Source of the DNA: an uncultured Klebsiella sp.
GTDB taxonomy: Bacteria; Verrucomicrobiota; Verrucomicrobiia; Limisphaerales; SXTU01
Assembly (NCBI GenBank): GCA_964478755.1
Contig: CAYZJP010000004.1
Location: 16,738 to 80,737 of the forward strand
Reading direction: 5' to 3'
DNA: 64,000 bases
Every line of letters starts with the position of its first letter. The stretch's first letter is position 1. A model generated the notes under the pieces. That model saw nothing but the letters and a program-made list of their open reading frames with translations, was not told the DNA's origin and ran no database searches. This document shows positions 52,053 through 62,209 of this stretch, piece by piece. The translations under genes were made by a program, and so were the position numbers.

Positions 52053-54212
52053 ATGCACAAGCAACTCTTCGCCTTCATCGCCGCCACGTTGCTCGCCGCG
52101 TTGCCGGCGCGGGCGGGCGGCAAGTATTTTGAGATCACTTATCCGCCGTCCACGAAGGAGGGCGAGCTGTCGCTCGGCGTGACTTACACGCTCTGGCTGC
52201 CGGATCACGTGCAGAAGGTGCGCGGCGTCATCGTGCATCAGCACGGCTGCGGCGAGGGCGCGTGCAAGGGCGGCGCGACCGCCGCCTACGACCTGCACTG
52301 GCAGGCGCTGGCGAAGAAGTGGGATTGCGCGCTGCTCGGGCCGTCGTATCACCAGAGCGAGAAGGACAACTGCCGCCTCTGGTGCGACCCGCGGAACGGC
52401 TCGCACAAGACGTTCCTCAAGTCGCTCGACGAGTTCGCTGCGAAGTCGGGACACGCGGAAATCGCGCAGGCGCCGTGGTGCCTTTGGGGCCACAGCGGCG
52501 GCGGCTTCTGGGCGAGCCTGATGCAGACGATGTATCCCGAGCGCATCGTGGCGATTTGGTTCCGCTCCGGCACGGCGTTCGCGACGTGGGAGAAGGGCGA
52601 GATTCCCAAGCCGGAAATCCCCGCCGCTGCCTACGGCATCCCAATGATGATGAACCCCGGCGCGAAGGAGAAGGGAGACAAACGCTTTGATGGGGCGTGG
52701 ACCGGCTCGATGGCAATGTTCAAAGCTTTCAGCGCCAAGGATGCACCTGTGAGTTTTGCGCCAGACCCACGCACCAGCCATGAATGCGGTGATTCACGCT
52801 ACTTGGCGATTCCGTTCTTCGACGCGTGCCTTGCATTGCGGTTGCCAGCGAAAAATGCAATCGGGCAGTCGCTCAAGCCCATCAAGAAGCAGAAGGAATT
52901 TGACCCGAACACCCTACATCTGAGCTTTGATGTTCTTTTGGAACTGGCCGGTGAACAACCCACGCCGGAGTATTTGTCATGCTGGAACCCGAATGGGGCC
53001 TTTGTGACAACATGGGGCGAGTATCTAAAGACCGGCGCTACCAGCGACACCACGCCGCCGCCCGCGCCGTTCAACCTGCGGGTCGCCGCCAAGCCCGCCG
53101 GAGCGGAGCTGACGTGGGATGCGGAGGCAGATTTCGAGAGTGGCCTCGCGGGCTTCGTCATCGAACGCGATGGCGTGGAGTTTGCGAAGCTGCCCGAGAA
53201 ACCCGTGGGCCGTTTCGGTCGCGCGCTGTTTCAGACGATGTCGTATCACGACACGCCAGAGAAATCGAAGGACGGGACGTTGCCCGCGATGCGCTTCGTG
53301 GACGCGACGGCGAAAGCGGGCGAGAAGCACGTGTATCGCGTCGCGGCGTTGAACAGCGTCGGCCTCAAGTCCGCAGCGGCGGCGGACAATGCGGCGAACG
53401 CGAAGCGTTTCCTCTGCTGCGATTACAACGGCGGCCAGATCTGCATCGTGTCGGCGAAGGGCGAGATCGAGTGGCGTGCGACGGCGAAGAACCCACAGGA
53501 CTGCTGGCTGCAGCCCGACGGAAACGTGTTGTTCTGCCACGTCGGCGGCGCGATTGAGATGACGCGCGACAATCGCATCGCGTGGGAATACAAGGCTCCG
53601 GAGAAGATCGAGTGCCATGCGTGCCAGCCTTTGCCAGACGGACGTGTGCTGGTCGTCGAGGGCGGCACGGCGCGCATCATCGAGGTGGGCCGCGACGGCA
53701 AGATCGCGAAGGAAGTGAAGCTGCCGACGACAGTGGCGAATATGCACAACCAGTTTCGTGGCACGCGCAAATTGCCCAACGGCCACTACCTCGTCTGCGC
53801 GAAAGGCGAGAGCAAGGTCATCGAAGTGGATGATTCTGGGAAAGTCGTGCGCAGCGTAGGTGTCGCCGGCGACCCGCACGAGGTGCTCGCGTTGCCGAAC
53901 GGCAACCTCCTTATCACCTGCGGCGACGGCCACAAAGTCGTCGAGGTGAATCCCGCCGGCAAAACCGTCTGGGAGCTGAACGAGAACGACGTGCCCGGCA
54001 ACCCGCTCCGCCTCATGGCTGGCGCGCAGCGTTTGCCGAATGGCAACACGGTGTTCTGCAATTATCTCGGCCACGGCCATCTCGGCGAGCAGCCGATGTT
54101 CTTCGAGCTGACGCCGGACAAGAAAGTTGTGTGGCAGTTCGATGACCACGCGCGCTTCCGCACGATCAACCAGATTCAGGTGCTGGACGTGGCCGGCGCG
54201 TCCGTGCGCTAG
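52053..54212 (+). CDS. secreted alpha/beta-hydrolase (esterase-like) - Fn3 - beta-propeller fusion protein
   Basis: It has a signal peptide (MHKQLFAFIAATLLAALPARA) and a nucleophile elbow (GHSGGG). An Fn3-like segment (APFNLRV...YRVAALNSVG) follows, then a C-terminal repeated beta-propeller-like region. Confidence 0.72.
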   Translation: MHKQLFAFIAATLLAALPARAGGKYFEITYPPSTKEGELSLGVTYTLWLPDHVQKVRGVIVHQHGCGEGACKGGATAAYDLHWQALAKKWDCALLGPSYHQSEKDNCRLWCDPRNGSHKTFLKSLDEFAAKSGHAEIAQAPWCLWGHSGGGFWASLMQTMYPERIVAIWFRSGTAFATWEKGEIPKPEIPAAAYGIPMMMNPGAKEKGDKRFDGAWTGSMAMFKAFSAKDAPVSFAPDPRTSHECGDSRYLAIPFFDACLALRLPAKNAIGQSLKPIKKQKEFDPNTLHLSFDVLLELAGEQPTPEYLSCWNPNGAFVTTWGEYLKTGATSDTTPPPAPFNLRVAAKPAGAELTWDAEADFESGLAGFVIERDGVEFAKLPEKPVGRFGRALFQTMSYHDTPEKSKDGTLPAMRFVDATAKAGEKHVYRVAALNSVGLKSAAAADNAANAKRFLCCDYNGGQICIVSAKGEIEWRATAKNPQDCWLQPDGNVLFCHVGGAIEMTRDNRIAWEYKAPEKIECHACQPLPDGRVLVVEGGTARIIEVGRDGKIAKEVKLPTTVANMHNQFRGTRKLPNGHYLVCAKGESKVIEVDDSGKVVRSVGVAGDPHEVLALPNGNLLITCGDGHKVVEVNPAGKTVWELNENDVPGNPLRLMAGAQRLPNGNTVFCNYLGHGHLGEQPMFFELTPDKKVVWQFDDHARFRTINQIQVLDVAGASVR

Positions 54213-54238
54213 CACAACGCCGCGACAACCTCACTGGG

Positions 54239-54274
54239 CACGCACCTGTTTCCGCAGGGGTCGTGCTTTTTTTG
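54239..54274 (+). terminator. possible intrinsic terminator
   Basis: The sequence GCACGCACC-loop-GGGGTCGTGC forms an imperfect stem followed by T7. It lies 27 nt after the stop. Confidence 0.45.
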
Positions 54275-54375
54275 GTGGATTTGAAATATCGGCTGGTGCG
54301 GTGGGTGAGCGCGTGGCCGTTGCTTTCCTTTTCCCCGGTCTGTTTAATGTCGCGGCTTAACCGACACGACTTGAT

Positions 54376-57300
54376 ATGAAGCATCATCTCTTCTCCTCAC
54401 TGGCGCGCGTTGCCTGTGCGCTGTTCTTCGCCGCCGCCTCGCTCACCGCCGCCGAGCCGTTGCGTGTGTTCATTCGTGGCGGGCAATCCAATCGCGGCCA
54501 GGAAGTCCACGCGCACCCGCGCTTCCTCGCCGAATGGACGAAGCTCCTCACCGAGCGCGGCATGAAGGTGGATGGCGGCCTCGAACTCCCCACCGCCGCG
54601 CAGCTCGCGCAGACCGATGTGCTCGTGATGTATGCGCAGGACGGCGGCGGCTTCCCCGTCGAGCAGCGCGCGGGGCTAGACGCGTTTCTCAAGCGCGGCG
54701 GCGGTCTCGTGGTGATCCACACCGCGACGGTGCCGACGCGCTCGATCCCCGACGGCTCGGCGCACTGGAAATCCATCCTCGGCGGCTCATGGGTCAACGG
54801 CACGACGAAATGGCTCGAAGGAAAGATGAACCTTTACTACGTGGATCGCACGCATCCGATCACGACGGGCGTTGCGAACTTCGACCTCGACGACGAGATT
54901 TACTACGACATGGACATCTCGCCCGACGCGCGCGTGCTCGCGGCGGCTTACACGCCGAACGTCTCCGCCGCGCGCCGCAACCAGAAAAACGGCCAGCCTG
55001 CGTCCGGCAAAATCACCGTCTATGACCTCGCGCCGCAGATGTGGACTTACGAGCGCACGCTCGAAGGCGGCCAGCCGTATCGCGCGTTCGTCAGCATTCC
55101 GGGGCACAAGTTCGCGACGTTCGCGATGCCGCAATACCGCGCGGTGCTGCTGCGCGGCATCGCGTGGGCCGCGAAGCGGGCGAACGTGGACGAGTTTTGC
55201 AAACCCGAAGAACTCGACTCGCTGCTCTATCCCGCAGGCGGGCCGTCGCGCCCGGCGGATTCGCTGAAACAACTCGTCATTCATCCTGAATTCAACGTGT
55301 CCCTCGTCGCGAGCGAACCGCTGATCAACAAAGTGATGAACGTGGATTGGGACGCCGCCGGTCGCCTGTGGGTCGCCGAGACGCCCGAGTATCCCGACGG
55401 CCGCTCGGTGAATCCGCGCACCGATTACGTCCAGCGCTGGCAGAAGGACGACAAGCTCACCGACGACGGGAAAAATTACGACCGGCCCGCGTATGACCGC
55501 ATTTCGATTCTGACTTCCTCGAAGGGCGACGGCATGATGGACACGAAAAAAGTTTTCGCCGACTTCGCGCACGGCGTGCCCGGCGGTTTGGAGCGCGTGA
55601 CGAGTTTTGTGTTTCACAAATCCGGTGTCATCGCCGCTGCCGCGCCAGATGTGTGGCTGCTCGAGGACGCGAGCGGCGCGGGCGTGTGCAACAAGGCCAC
55701 CAAGCTCTACACCAACCTCGGCTACGGCGACACGCACGCGGTGATTAACAATTTGCGCTGGGGCTTCGACGGCTGGATTTACGCGACGCACGGCTACAGC
55801 GGCACACGCGACGCGACGAGCGGAGACGGCTCGAAACACTTCGGCCCCATAGGCAGCGGCGTGGTGCGCTTCAAGCCCGACGGCTCGGCATTTGAGCAAT
55901 TCTCCTCGAAGGGCGGCAACACGTGGGGCCTGCAAATCGCGTGGGACAACGAAGTTTTTTGGACGCAGCCCACGAGCGGCGACCTGCTCATGCACACCGT
56001 GATGAGCGAGGAACAGCTCTCTCGCGGCAAGCTGCCCGGCACGCCCAGCTTCGTCGTGTGTGAGAAAAGTTTGAAGACCTTCCCGCTGATTCCCTACGAC
56101 CGCCTGCCGTATGTGCAGATTGACTGGGTCGGATTCTTCACCGCCGCGGCGGGCTGCGTGATTTACGACGGCGGCGCGTGGCCGTCCCCGTGGAACAATC
56201 GCTATTTCACGACCGAGCCGACCATCAACATCGTCCACGACGCCATCGTCACGCGCAACGGCGTGAGCTACGCCGCCGCGCGCGCGCCGGGCCGCGAGGA
56301 AATCGAATTCATCGCGGGCCGCGATTACTGGTTCCGTCCCATCGAAGTGCGCACCGGCCCGGATGGCGCGGTGTATGTCGTGGATTTTTACAACCAAGCC
56401 GTCATCCACAACGACACGCGCGGCCCCAAGCACGGCCCGCGCAACGCCGCCATTCGCCCCGACCGCGATCACTACTACGCCCGCATCTGGCGCGTGGACC
56501 ACAAGGATGCGAAGAAACTCACGGTGCCGAATCTAGCAAAGGCAACGTCCGCCGAACTCGTCGCCGCGCTGGAGAACGTCAATCTGCACGTGCGCCAAAA
56601 TGCCGTTCGCTTGCTTGCGGAGAACAACGCAACTGACGCCGCGCCCGCGTTGAAGCAACTCGTCGCGTCGGCGAAACCGCCGCAGAGCCGTGTCGCCGCG
56701 CTGTGGGCGCTCAATCGCCTCGGTCGCCTCGACGACGCCACGCTAAACGTCGCGGCGAATGACAAGGACGCGTCGCTCCGCAAGAGCGCGATAAAAGTTG
56801 CTGCCGCCGCGCCCGCGACGAGCAAAGCCGCTGCACTGAAACTCGTGAAAGACGGCGACGCGACGGTGCGCCTCGACGCGCTGCTCGCGCTTGCATCGCA
56901 GGAAGTCTCCGCGAGCGAAGCGGGGGAACTCGTTGCCATTTATCCTGCGCTCGATGAAAAGTGGTCGCAGTCCGCGTTCCTCGGCGTCGCGGCGAAGTCG
57001 CCCGCCGCGTTTCTCGACGCCGCGTTCGCGAGCGGCCGGCCCGAACTGGTTTCGCTCGTCACGTCGTTAAGTGGCGCGGTCGCGAATTCCGCCGCGCAAT
57101 CCGGCGCGCTCGTCGTCTCGCTCGCGGGCAAACCCGATTCCGCGAACGCGCTCAAGGCCGGTTTGCTCGAAAGTCTTTCGCCCGCGTTGAAGCTCGCCGA
57201 TTCGCCCGCGTGGAGCGCGGAACTCGAGGCCGCGCTGCGCAAGCTCGCCGCGTCCAGCGATGCGCGCGTCGCTGGCGACGTGCTGCCGTTCATCGCGAAG

Positions 57301-59571
57301 TGGGACACGAAGGGCGCGATGAAAACCATCGTGAATGCGCAAGTCACCGCGCTGCTCGCGAAGCTCGCGGACACCGCGCAGCCCGAGGCCACGCGCGCCG
57401 CGCTCGTGCAAAACCTGCTCGGCCTGCGTTCGGCCAGCGCGGAGATTTTGCCCGCCGTGGTGAAATTGCTCGGCGGCAAAACGCCGACGGGCCTGCAGCA
57501 GCGCGTCGTCGAGGCACTCGCGGAATTGAGCGAGGCGAACGTCGGCGCGAGCCTCGCCACGGCGTATCCGCAGCTTCCCGGCGAGTTGCAGCCGCTCGCG
57601 TTCAACACGCTGCTGCGCCGCAACGACTGGGCGACGGCGCTTCTCAACGCGCTCGAAAGCGGCGCGTTGAAGGCCGAGTCGCTCGGTCCGGCGAACTTGC
57701 ACCGGCTCCGTTATTTCCCGAACGCCGACATCGCGAAGCGCGCGGCCGCGTTGATCGAAAAACTGCGCGGCCCCGAGGCGAAGCAGAAGGATGAGTTGAT
57801 CGCGAAGTTCACGCCGGAAGTGACGAAGCCCGGCAACGTCGCGAAGGGCAAGGAGCTGTTCACCGTGAACTGCGCCGTGTGCCACATGCTCGGCGACCTC
57901 GGCAAGCGCGTCGGCCCGCCGCTCACCGGCATGGGCGCGCACGGCCCGGCGGAGCTGCTCGTCTCCATCCTCGACCCGAACCGCGAGGTGGACGCGAGCT
58001 TCGTCGCCGTCAGCATCGAAACGAAGGATGGCGAACTGCACGACGGCGTGGTGACGCGCGAAAACAACCAGCTCGTCGCGCTCGCGAATGCCGCGGGCGA
58101 ACAGGAAATCAAGAAGAACGACATCAAGAAGCGCACCAGCACGGGCCGTTCGCTGATGCCGGAGGGTTTCGAGGCGCTCGGTGGCGACGCGTTGCGCGAC
58201 ATCCTCGCGTTCATGTGCGAGAGCGATTCGCGTTTCCGTTTCCTTGATCTCACCGCGGCGTTCACCGCGAACACGCGCGACGGCCTCTACATGACGAAGG
58301 AGCCGAACGGCGGCGCGTTGCCGCTTGCGAAGACCGGCATCATCACGGCCTACGGCGTGCCGTTCAACGTCGTTGCGCCGGAGAAATCGCCGACGGGCAA
58401 AAACGTGATGGTGCTCAAGGGCGGCGACCCGCGCGGCTACTCGCGGCGCGAGATGCCGAGGCAGGTCGAGGTGAAGGCGGGCTTCGCGGCGAAGCAACTG
58501 CACTTCCTCGGCAACGTCGGCGGCTGGGCCGCGCCCGTCGGCGAAATCGGCGAGCCGTCGCTGAAAGTCACCGTGCATTACGCGGGCGGCAAGGCCGAGG
58601 ATCTCGTCTTCAAGAACGGCGACGAAATCGCCGACTACATCCGCGAGGTGGACGTGCCGAAATCCAAGCTCGTGCGCGGCATCGCCGAGCGCGGCCAGGT
58701 GCGCTACGCCAGCCGCAAGCTCACCGGCACCGGCGTCATCGAGCGGATCATCTTCGAGAGCGCCGACGGCACGGTCGCGCCGACGACGCTCGCCGTCACG
58801 GCGGATTTCAGCGACGCGCCCATCGCCGGTGGTGACGCGCCCGCGCCGGCTGCGAAGGCCGCTGCGCCGAAGAAGGAAGCGCCGAAGGCACCGGCCCTTC
58901 CGCCGCGCGCCGCGAAGATCGAATGGGGCGCGGGCACGAAGGTCTTCCTCATCGGCGGCGGCAGCTCGCACGACTTCAACAAATTCTTCAACCTCGCCGA
59001 CGTCGCGATGCTCAAGGCGACCGGCAAGTTCTCCGTGAATTACACGGAAAGCCCGCTCGACTTCGTGGAGCACGTGAAGACCGCCGACGTGCTCGTGCTC
59101 AGCGTGAACACGCCCGCCTTCACCACGCCCGCCGCGCGCAAGGCGCTCTTCGACCACGTCGCCGCCGGCAAGGGCGTCGTGCTGCTGCACGCGGGCGTCT
59201 GGTATAACTACGCCGACTGGCCCGAATACAACCGCGAGCTGGCCGGCGGCGGCTCGCGCGGTCACGACCGCCTCGGCGAATACGAGGTGAAGGCGACCGG
59301 CACCGCGCACCCCATCATGAAAGGCGTCCCCGCCAGCTTCCGCATCACGGACGAGCTTTATTACTTCCAGCCCGACGCCAGCGGCACGCCCATCGAAGTC
59401 CTCGCCACCGCGACTTCCACGCTGAAGCCCGGCACCTATCCGCAAGTCTTCGTGGTGAAGCATCCCAAGGCCCGCATCGCCGGCCTCACCCTCGGCCACG
59501 ACGCCCGCGCCCATGACCTGCCGGAGTTCAAGACCCTGCTCGTGAATGCGATTGAGTGGGTGAAGAAATGA
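54376..59571 (+). CDS. PVC-type giant: ThuA-like domain / membrane-bound-dehydrogenase-like propeller / HEAT repeats / heme-binding CxxCH / second ThuA-like domain
   Basis: It is 1731 aa. The N-terminal ThuA-like domain shows LRVFIRGG...VLVMY...GGLVVIHTA. Then come LVASEPLINKVMNVDWDAAGRLWVAE, Ala/Leu-rich HEAT-like repeats, CAVCH (57871-57885), and a C-terminal ThuA-like domain (KVFLIGGGSSHDF...VVLLHAG). Confidence 0.85.
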   Translation: MKHHLFSSLARVACALFFAAASLTAAEPLRVFIRGGQSNRGQEVHAHPRFLAEWTKLLTERGMKVDGGLELPTAAQLAQTDVLVMYAQDGGGFPVEQRAGLDAFLKRGGGLVVIHTATVPTRSIPDGSAHWKSILGGSWVNGTTKWLEGKMNLYYVDRTHPITTGVANFDLDDEIYYDMDISPDARVLAAAYTPNVSAARRNQKNGQPASGKITVYDLAPQMWTYERTLEGGQPYRAFVSIPGHKFATFAMPQYRAVLLRGIAWAAKRANVDEFCKPEELDSLLYPAGGPSRPADSLKQLVIHPEFNVSLVASEPLINKVMNVDWDAAGRLWVAETPEYPDGRSVNPRTDYVQRWQKDDKLTDDGKNYDRPAYDRISILTSSKGDGMMDTKKVFADFAHGVPGGLERVTSFVFHKSGVIAAAAPDVWLLEDASGAGVCNKATKLYTNLGYGDTHAVINNLRWGFDGWIYATHGYSGTRDATSGDGSKHFGPIGSGVVRFKPDGSAFEQFSSKGGNTWGLQIAWDNEVFWTQPTSGDLLMHTVMSEEQLSRGKLPGTPSFVVCEKSLKTFPLIPYDRLPYVQIDWVGFFTAAAGCVIYDGGAWPSPWNNRYFTTEPTINIVHDAIVTRNGVSYAAARAPGREEIEFIAGRDYWFRPIEVRTGPDGAVYVVDFYNQAVIHNDTRGPKHGPRNAAIRPDRDHYYARIWRVDHKDAKKLTVPNLAKATSAELVAALENVNLHVRQNAVRLLAENNATDAAPALKQLVASAKPPQSRVAALWALNRLGRLDDATLNVAANDKDASLRKSAIKVAAAAPATSKAAALKLVKDGDATVRLDALLALASQEVSASEAGELVAIYPALDEKWSQSAFLGVAAKSPAAFLDAAFASGRPELVSLVTSLSGAVANSAAQSGALVVSLAGKPDSANALKAGLLESLSPALKLADSPAWSAELEAALRKLAASSDARVAGDVLPFIAKWDTKGAMKTIVNAQVTALLAKLADTAQPEATRAALVQNLLGLRSASAEILPAVVKLLGGKTPTGLQQRVVEALAELSEANVGASLATAYPQLPGELQPLAFNTLLRRNDWATALLNALESGALKAESLGPANLHRLRYFPNADIAKRAAALIEKLRGPEAKQKDELIAKFTPEVTKPGNVAKGKELFTVNCAVCHMLGDLGKRVGPPLTGMGAHGPAELLVSILDPNREVDASFVAVSIETKDGELHDGVVTRENNQLVALANAAGEQEIKKNDIKKRTSTGRSLMPEGFEALGGDALRDILAFMCESDSRFRFLDLTAAFTANTRDGLYMTKEPNGGALPLAKTGIITAYGVPFNVVAPEKSPTGKNVMVLKGGDPRGYSRREMPRQVEVKAGFAAKQLHFLGNVGGWAAPVGEIGEPSLKVTVHYAGGKAEDLVFKNGDEIADYIREVDVPKSKLVRGIAERGQVRYASRKLTGTGVIERIIFESADGTVAPTTLAVTADFSDAPIAGGDAPAPAAKAAAPKKEAPKAPALPPRAAKIEWGAGTKVFLIGGGSSHDFNKFFNLADVAMLKATGKFSVNYTESPLDFVEHVKTADVLVLSVNTPAFTTPAARKALFDHVAAGKGVVLLHAGVWYNYADWPEYNRELAGGGSRGHDRLGEYEVKATGTAHPIMKGVPASFRITDELYYFQPDASGTPIEVLATATSTLKPGTYPQVFVVKHPKARIAGLTLGHDARAHDLPEFKTLLVNAIEWVKK

Positions 59572-59724
59572 CCCGTGGTTGGACGCGTCACCCTCGCCGC
59601 GCCCTACCAGTGCATTGAACATCGGGGCGTTGCCTGCAAAAGTGCGTCCCGACATATGCGCTTCCTTCCCGATAAACCTCGTCGCCTGCTGACTCTTGTC
59701 GGCGTGCTGGCACATTCTTCGAGC

Positions 59725-60612
59725 ATGAATTTCCGGTGCGCGCTTCTCCTCGCTGCCATCACCGTTTCGCTTTGCCTCGGCGGCTGCGCTTCGGTGTCAT
59801 CGGGACGGATGCGGACGCTGGATTCCTTTGTGCTCGATTACGACACGTCGTGTGATGCGGCGTTGCAGGCGCGGGTGGAGGCGGTTGACGCGTCGCTGCG
59901 CGCGCGGCTGGGCATGACGGAGGAACAGACCGCTGTGGGCGTGCTGGACCTGCGCGGGCTGCGGCTGGCGATGGTGCGACCCGACCGGATTGATTACGCG
60001 GCCAGCGTGCCGAAGATCGGGATTCTCCTCGCGTGGTTTCAGGCGCATCCCGAGGCGGTCACGAACTTGTCCGCCCAGACGCGGCATGAGCTGGGCCTGA
60101 TGGTGAAGGTGTCGAGCAACGAGCTGGCGACGAAGTTTTCGCGCGAGCTGGGCCTGAAGGAGATTCAACAGGTCATCAACCGCCACGGTCTCTACGACGC
60201 GTCGCGCGGCGGCGGCCTGTGGCTGGGCAAGCACTACGGCGCGGGCGGCGAGCGGCTCGGCGATCCGGTGGCGAACCATTCGCACGCGGCGACCGTGCGG
60301 CAGTTGCTGCGCTTTTACCTGCTGCTGGAGCAGGGGCGGCTGGTGTCGCCGGAAGCGTCGCGCGTGATGCGGGAGATTTTCGCATCGCCAGACATCGCGC
60401 CCGTGGACGACAAGTTCGTGAAAGGGCTTGCGGGCCGGGACGTGCAGGTGTTGCGCAAGGCCGGCTGGTGGGAGAACTGGTTCCTCGACTCGGCCATCGT
60501 CACTGGCGCGGGCCGGCACTACATCGTCGTGACGATGACGCATCATCCCAAGGGTGACGCGTATCTGGAGGCGTTCGCGCGGGCGGTGGATGAGGTGATG
60601 GTGGGAAAGTGA
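59725..60612 (+). CDS. class A beta-lactamase-related serine hydrolase, lipoprotein
   Basis: It has a lipobox (LCLGGC), SxxK (ASVPKIG), SxN (SSNE), and a KxG-like RKAGWW. Confidence 0.72.
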   Translation: MNFRCALLLAAITVSLCLGGCASVSSGRMRTLDSFVLDYDTSCDAALQARVEAVDASLRARLGMTEEQTAVGVLDLRGLRLAMVRPDRIDYAASVPKIGILLAWFQAHPEAVTNLSAQTRHELGLMVKVSSNELATKFSRELGLKEIQQVINRHGLYDASRGGGLWLGKHYGAGGERLGDPVANHSHAATVRQLLRFYLLLEQGRLVSPEASRVMREIFASPDIAPVDDKFVKGLAGRDVQVLRKAGWWENWFLDSAIVTGAGRHYIVVTMTHHPKGDAYLEAFARAVDEVMVGK

Positions 60613-61965
60613 TCAGTGCCGGAACTGCGCCTGCTTGCTCACCTTCCCGAGCTGCTGCTCCCACTTGCCCTTGTGTGCGAGCGGGTCGGCGTCGGTGCCC
60701 CAGAGCTTCTTCACCATCTCGCGCTGCGGGACGAACGGGCACTTTGACTTCGGCTGCTTGTGCGCGTCGTCCACCTGACGCAGCGCGAGCTGCGCGCCGG
60801 TCATCAGCGCGGGCTTGTCCGGCTGGCCGAACTGCGTGTTCAGCTTGTGCGCCGCCTCGTCCAGCGCGCCCCAACGCTCGGCGTGCGTCGTTCCCCAGAG
60901 CGTCGGCTGCGTGTCCAGCCGCGCGAGGTTCCAGAACGCGAGGCGGATCTGCCGCACCGGCTTCCACTCGCGGTTCATCAGGTCGCGGAACATTTCTTCC
61001 ACCACGCGGTTCATCACCGAGTTTTGAAACTGCGGATGCCGGAAGCGATGGCTGCTGCCCGTCTCAGTGAAATCACTGAAACGAACCGTCAGCGACAGTT
61101 CGCGCGCCTGCAACTGCTCGCGCCGGAGCTGGCCGACCAGCCGCGTCGCCTCGCTCAACACGAACGTCAGCGCCGCTTCGTAGTCCGGCTCGTCGTAGGG
61201 CAGCGTGGTGTTGCTGGAAATCGTCGTGCGGTCCTTCACTTCGAGCAGCAGCGGCTCGTTCCACTGGCCGTTCGAGAACAGCCAGAGCTGCTGGCCCCAG
61301 ATGCCGAACTTTTGCTTGAGCAGCATTGAGGGCAGTTTCGCCACGTCGCCGAAGGTCTTCGCGCCCAGCGCGGACAACGCGCGCTCGCGCCGCTTCGCGA
61401 TGCCCGACATCTCGCGCACGGGGCGGGTGCGGAGAAATTCCTTTTCCGTGCCGGGCGCGACTTCGAGGAAGCCCGGCTTGCCCGCGTCCGTTGCGAGCTT
61501 CGCCAGCCGCGCGGAATTCGCCAGCCCGCCGGACACCGGCAGCCTCACCTCGCGCCGGATGCGCTCGCCGATGCTGCGGATGTAATCCAGTGGCGTCGTG
61601 TCGCGCCAGACGTGCTGGTCCATCGTGGTGAAGTCGAGGAAGCCCTCGTCAATCGAGACCGGCACCAGCGTCGGCGCATACTGATCGAGGATGTGAAACA
61701 TCTCGCTGGAGAGCCGCCGATACTCGTCGTAATGCGGCCGGCACAGCACGCCTTTCGGACAGCGCTGCTTCGCCTCGAAGCACGCCATGCCCGTCTCGAT
61801 GCCGAACTTTTTCGCCAGCCGGTTCGCCGCGATCACGATGCCATCGCCGCGCCGCCCGCCGCCCACCCACACGGGCCGCCCCTCCAGCTTCGAGTCCAGC
61901 GCGATTTCGCAACTGGCGAAGAAACTGTCGCCGTCCACATGCAGGATGCGGTTGAGCCGGTTCAT
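60613..61965 (-). CDS. dinB: Y-family DNA polymerase (DinB/Pol IV-like) with a C-terminal extension
   Basis: Motifs are ILHVDGDSFFASCE and VSIDEGFLDF, plus a little-finger region. Its stop directly abuts the convergent gene's stop. Confidence 0.84.
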   Translation of the reverse strand: MNRLNRILHVDGDSFFASCEIALDSKLEGRPVWVGGGRRGDGIVIAANRLAKKFGIETGMACFEAKQRCPKGVLCRPHYDEYRRLSSEMFHILDQYAPTLVPVSIDEGFLDFTTMDQHVWRDTTPLDYIRSIGERIRREVRLPVSGGLANSARLAKLATDAGKPGFLEVAPGTEKEFLRTRPVREMSGIAKRRERALSALGAKTFGDVAKLPSMLLKQKFGIWGQQLWLFSNGQWNEPLLLEVKDRTTISSNTTLPYDEPDYEAALTFVLSEATRLVGQLRREQLQARELSLTVRFSDFTETGSSHRFRHPQFQNSVMNRVVEEMFRDLMNREWKPVRQIRLAFWNLARLDTQPTLWGTTHAERWGALDEAAHKLNTQFGQPDKPALMTGAQLALRQVDDAHKQPKSKCPFVPQREMVKKLWGTDADPLAHKGKWEQQLGKVSKQAQFRH

Positions 61966-62116
61966 CTGGCATCGGCCAGCGTAACGCGCCGCGCGCCGGC
62001 TCCAAGCGACAAAGTTGGGAAAAGGTTTGGGCTAGGACCACCGTTGTCCGATGGAGCGTTTGAAAACCAAGCAGCGACCTGCAGATAACGCGGATGACGC
62101 GGACTAAAAATGCCCT

Positions 62117-62196
62117 GACTGTGGCGGCGGTCCGTGACCGCCGTCGGTGCGCCGCATCAGCAACGCAACTCGGCGCTCACAGAGCGCCGTTGCAGA
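62117..62196. repeat. second locus of the CTGYRGCGGCGSTCYGTGASCGCC palindromic family
   Basis: CTGTGGCGGCGGTCCGTGACCGCCGTCGG (62117-62146) faces the reverse-oriented variant CTGCAACGGCGCTCTGTGAGCGCC (62165-62196). Compare 26381..26454. Confidence 0.7.
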
Positions 62197-62209
62197 TTGA
62201 ACGAGACGC

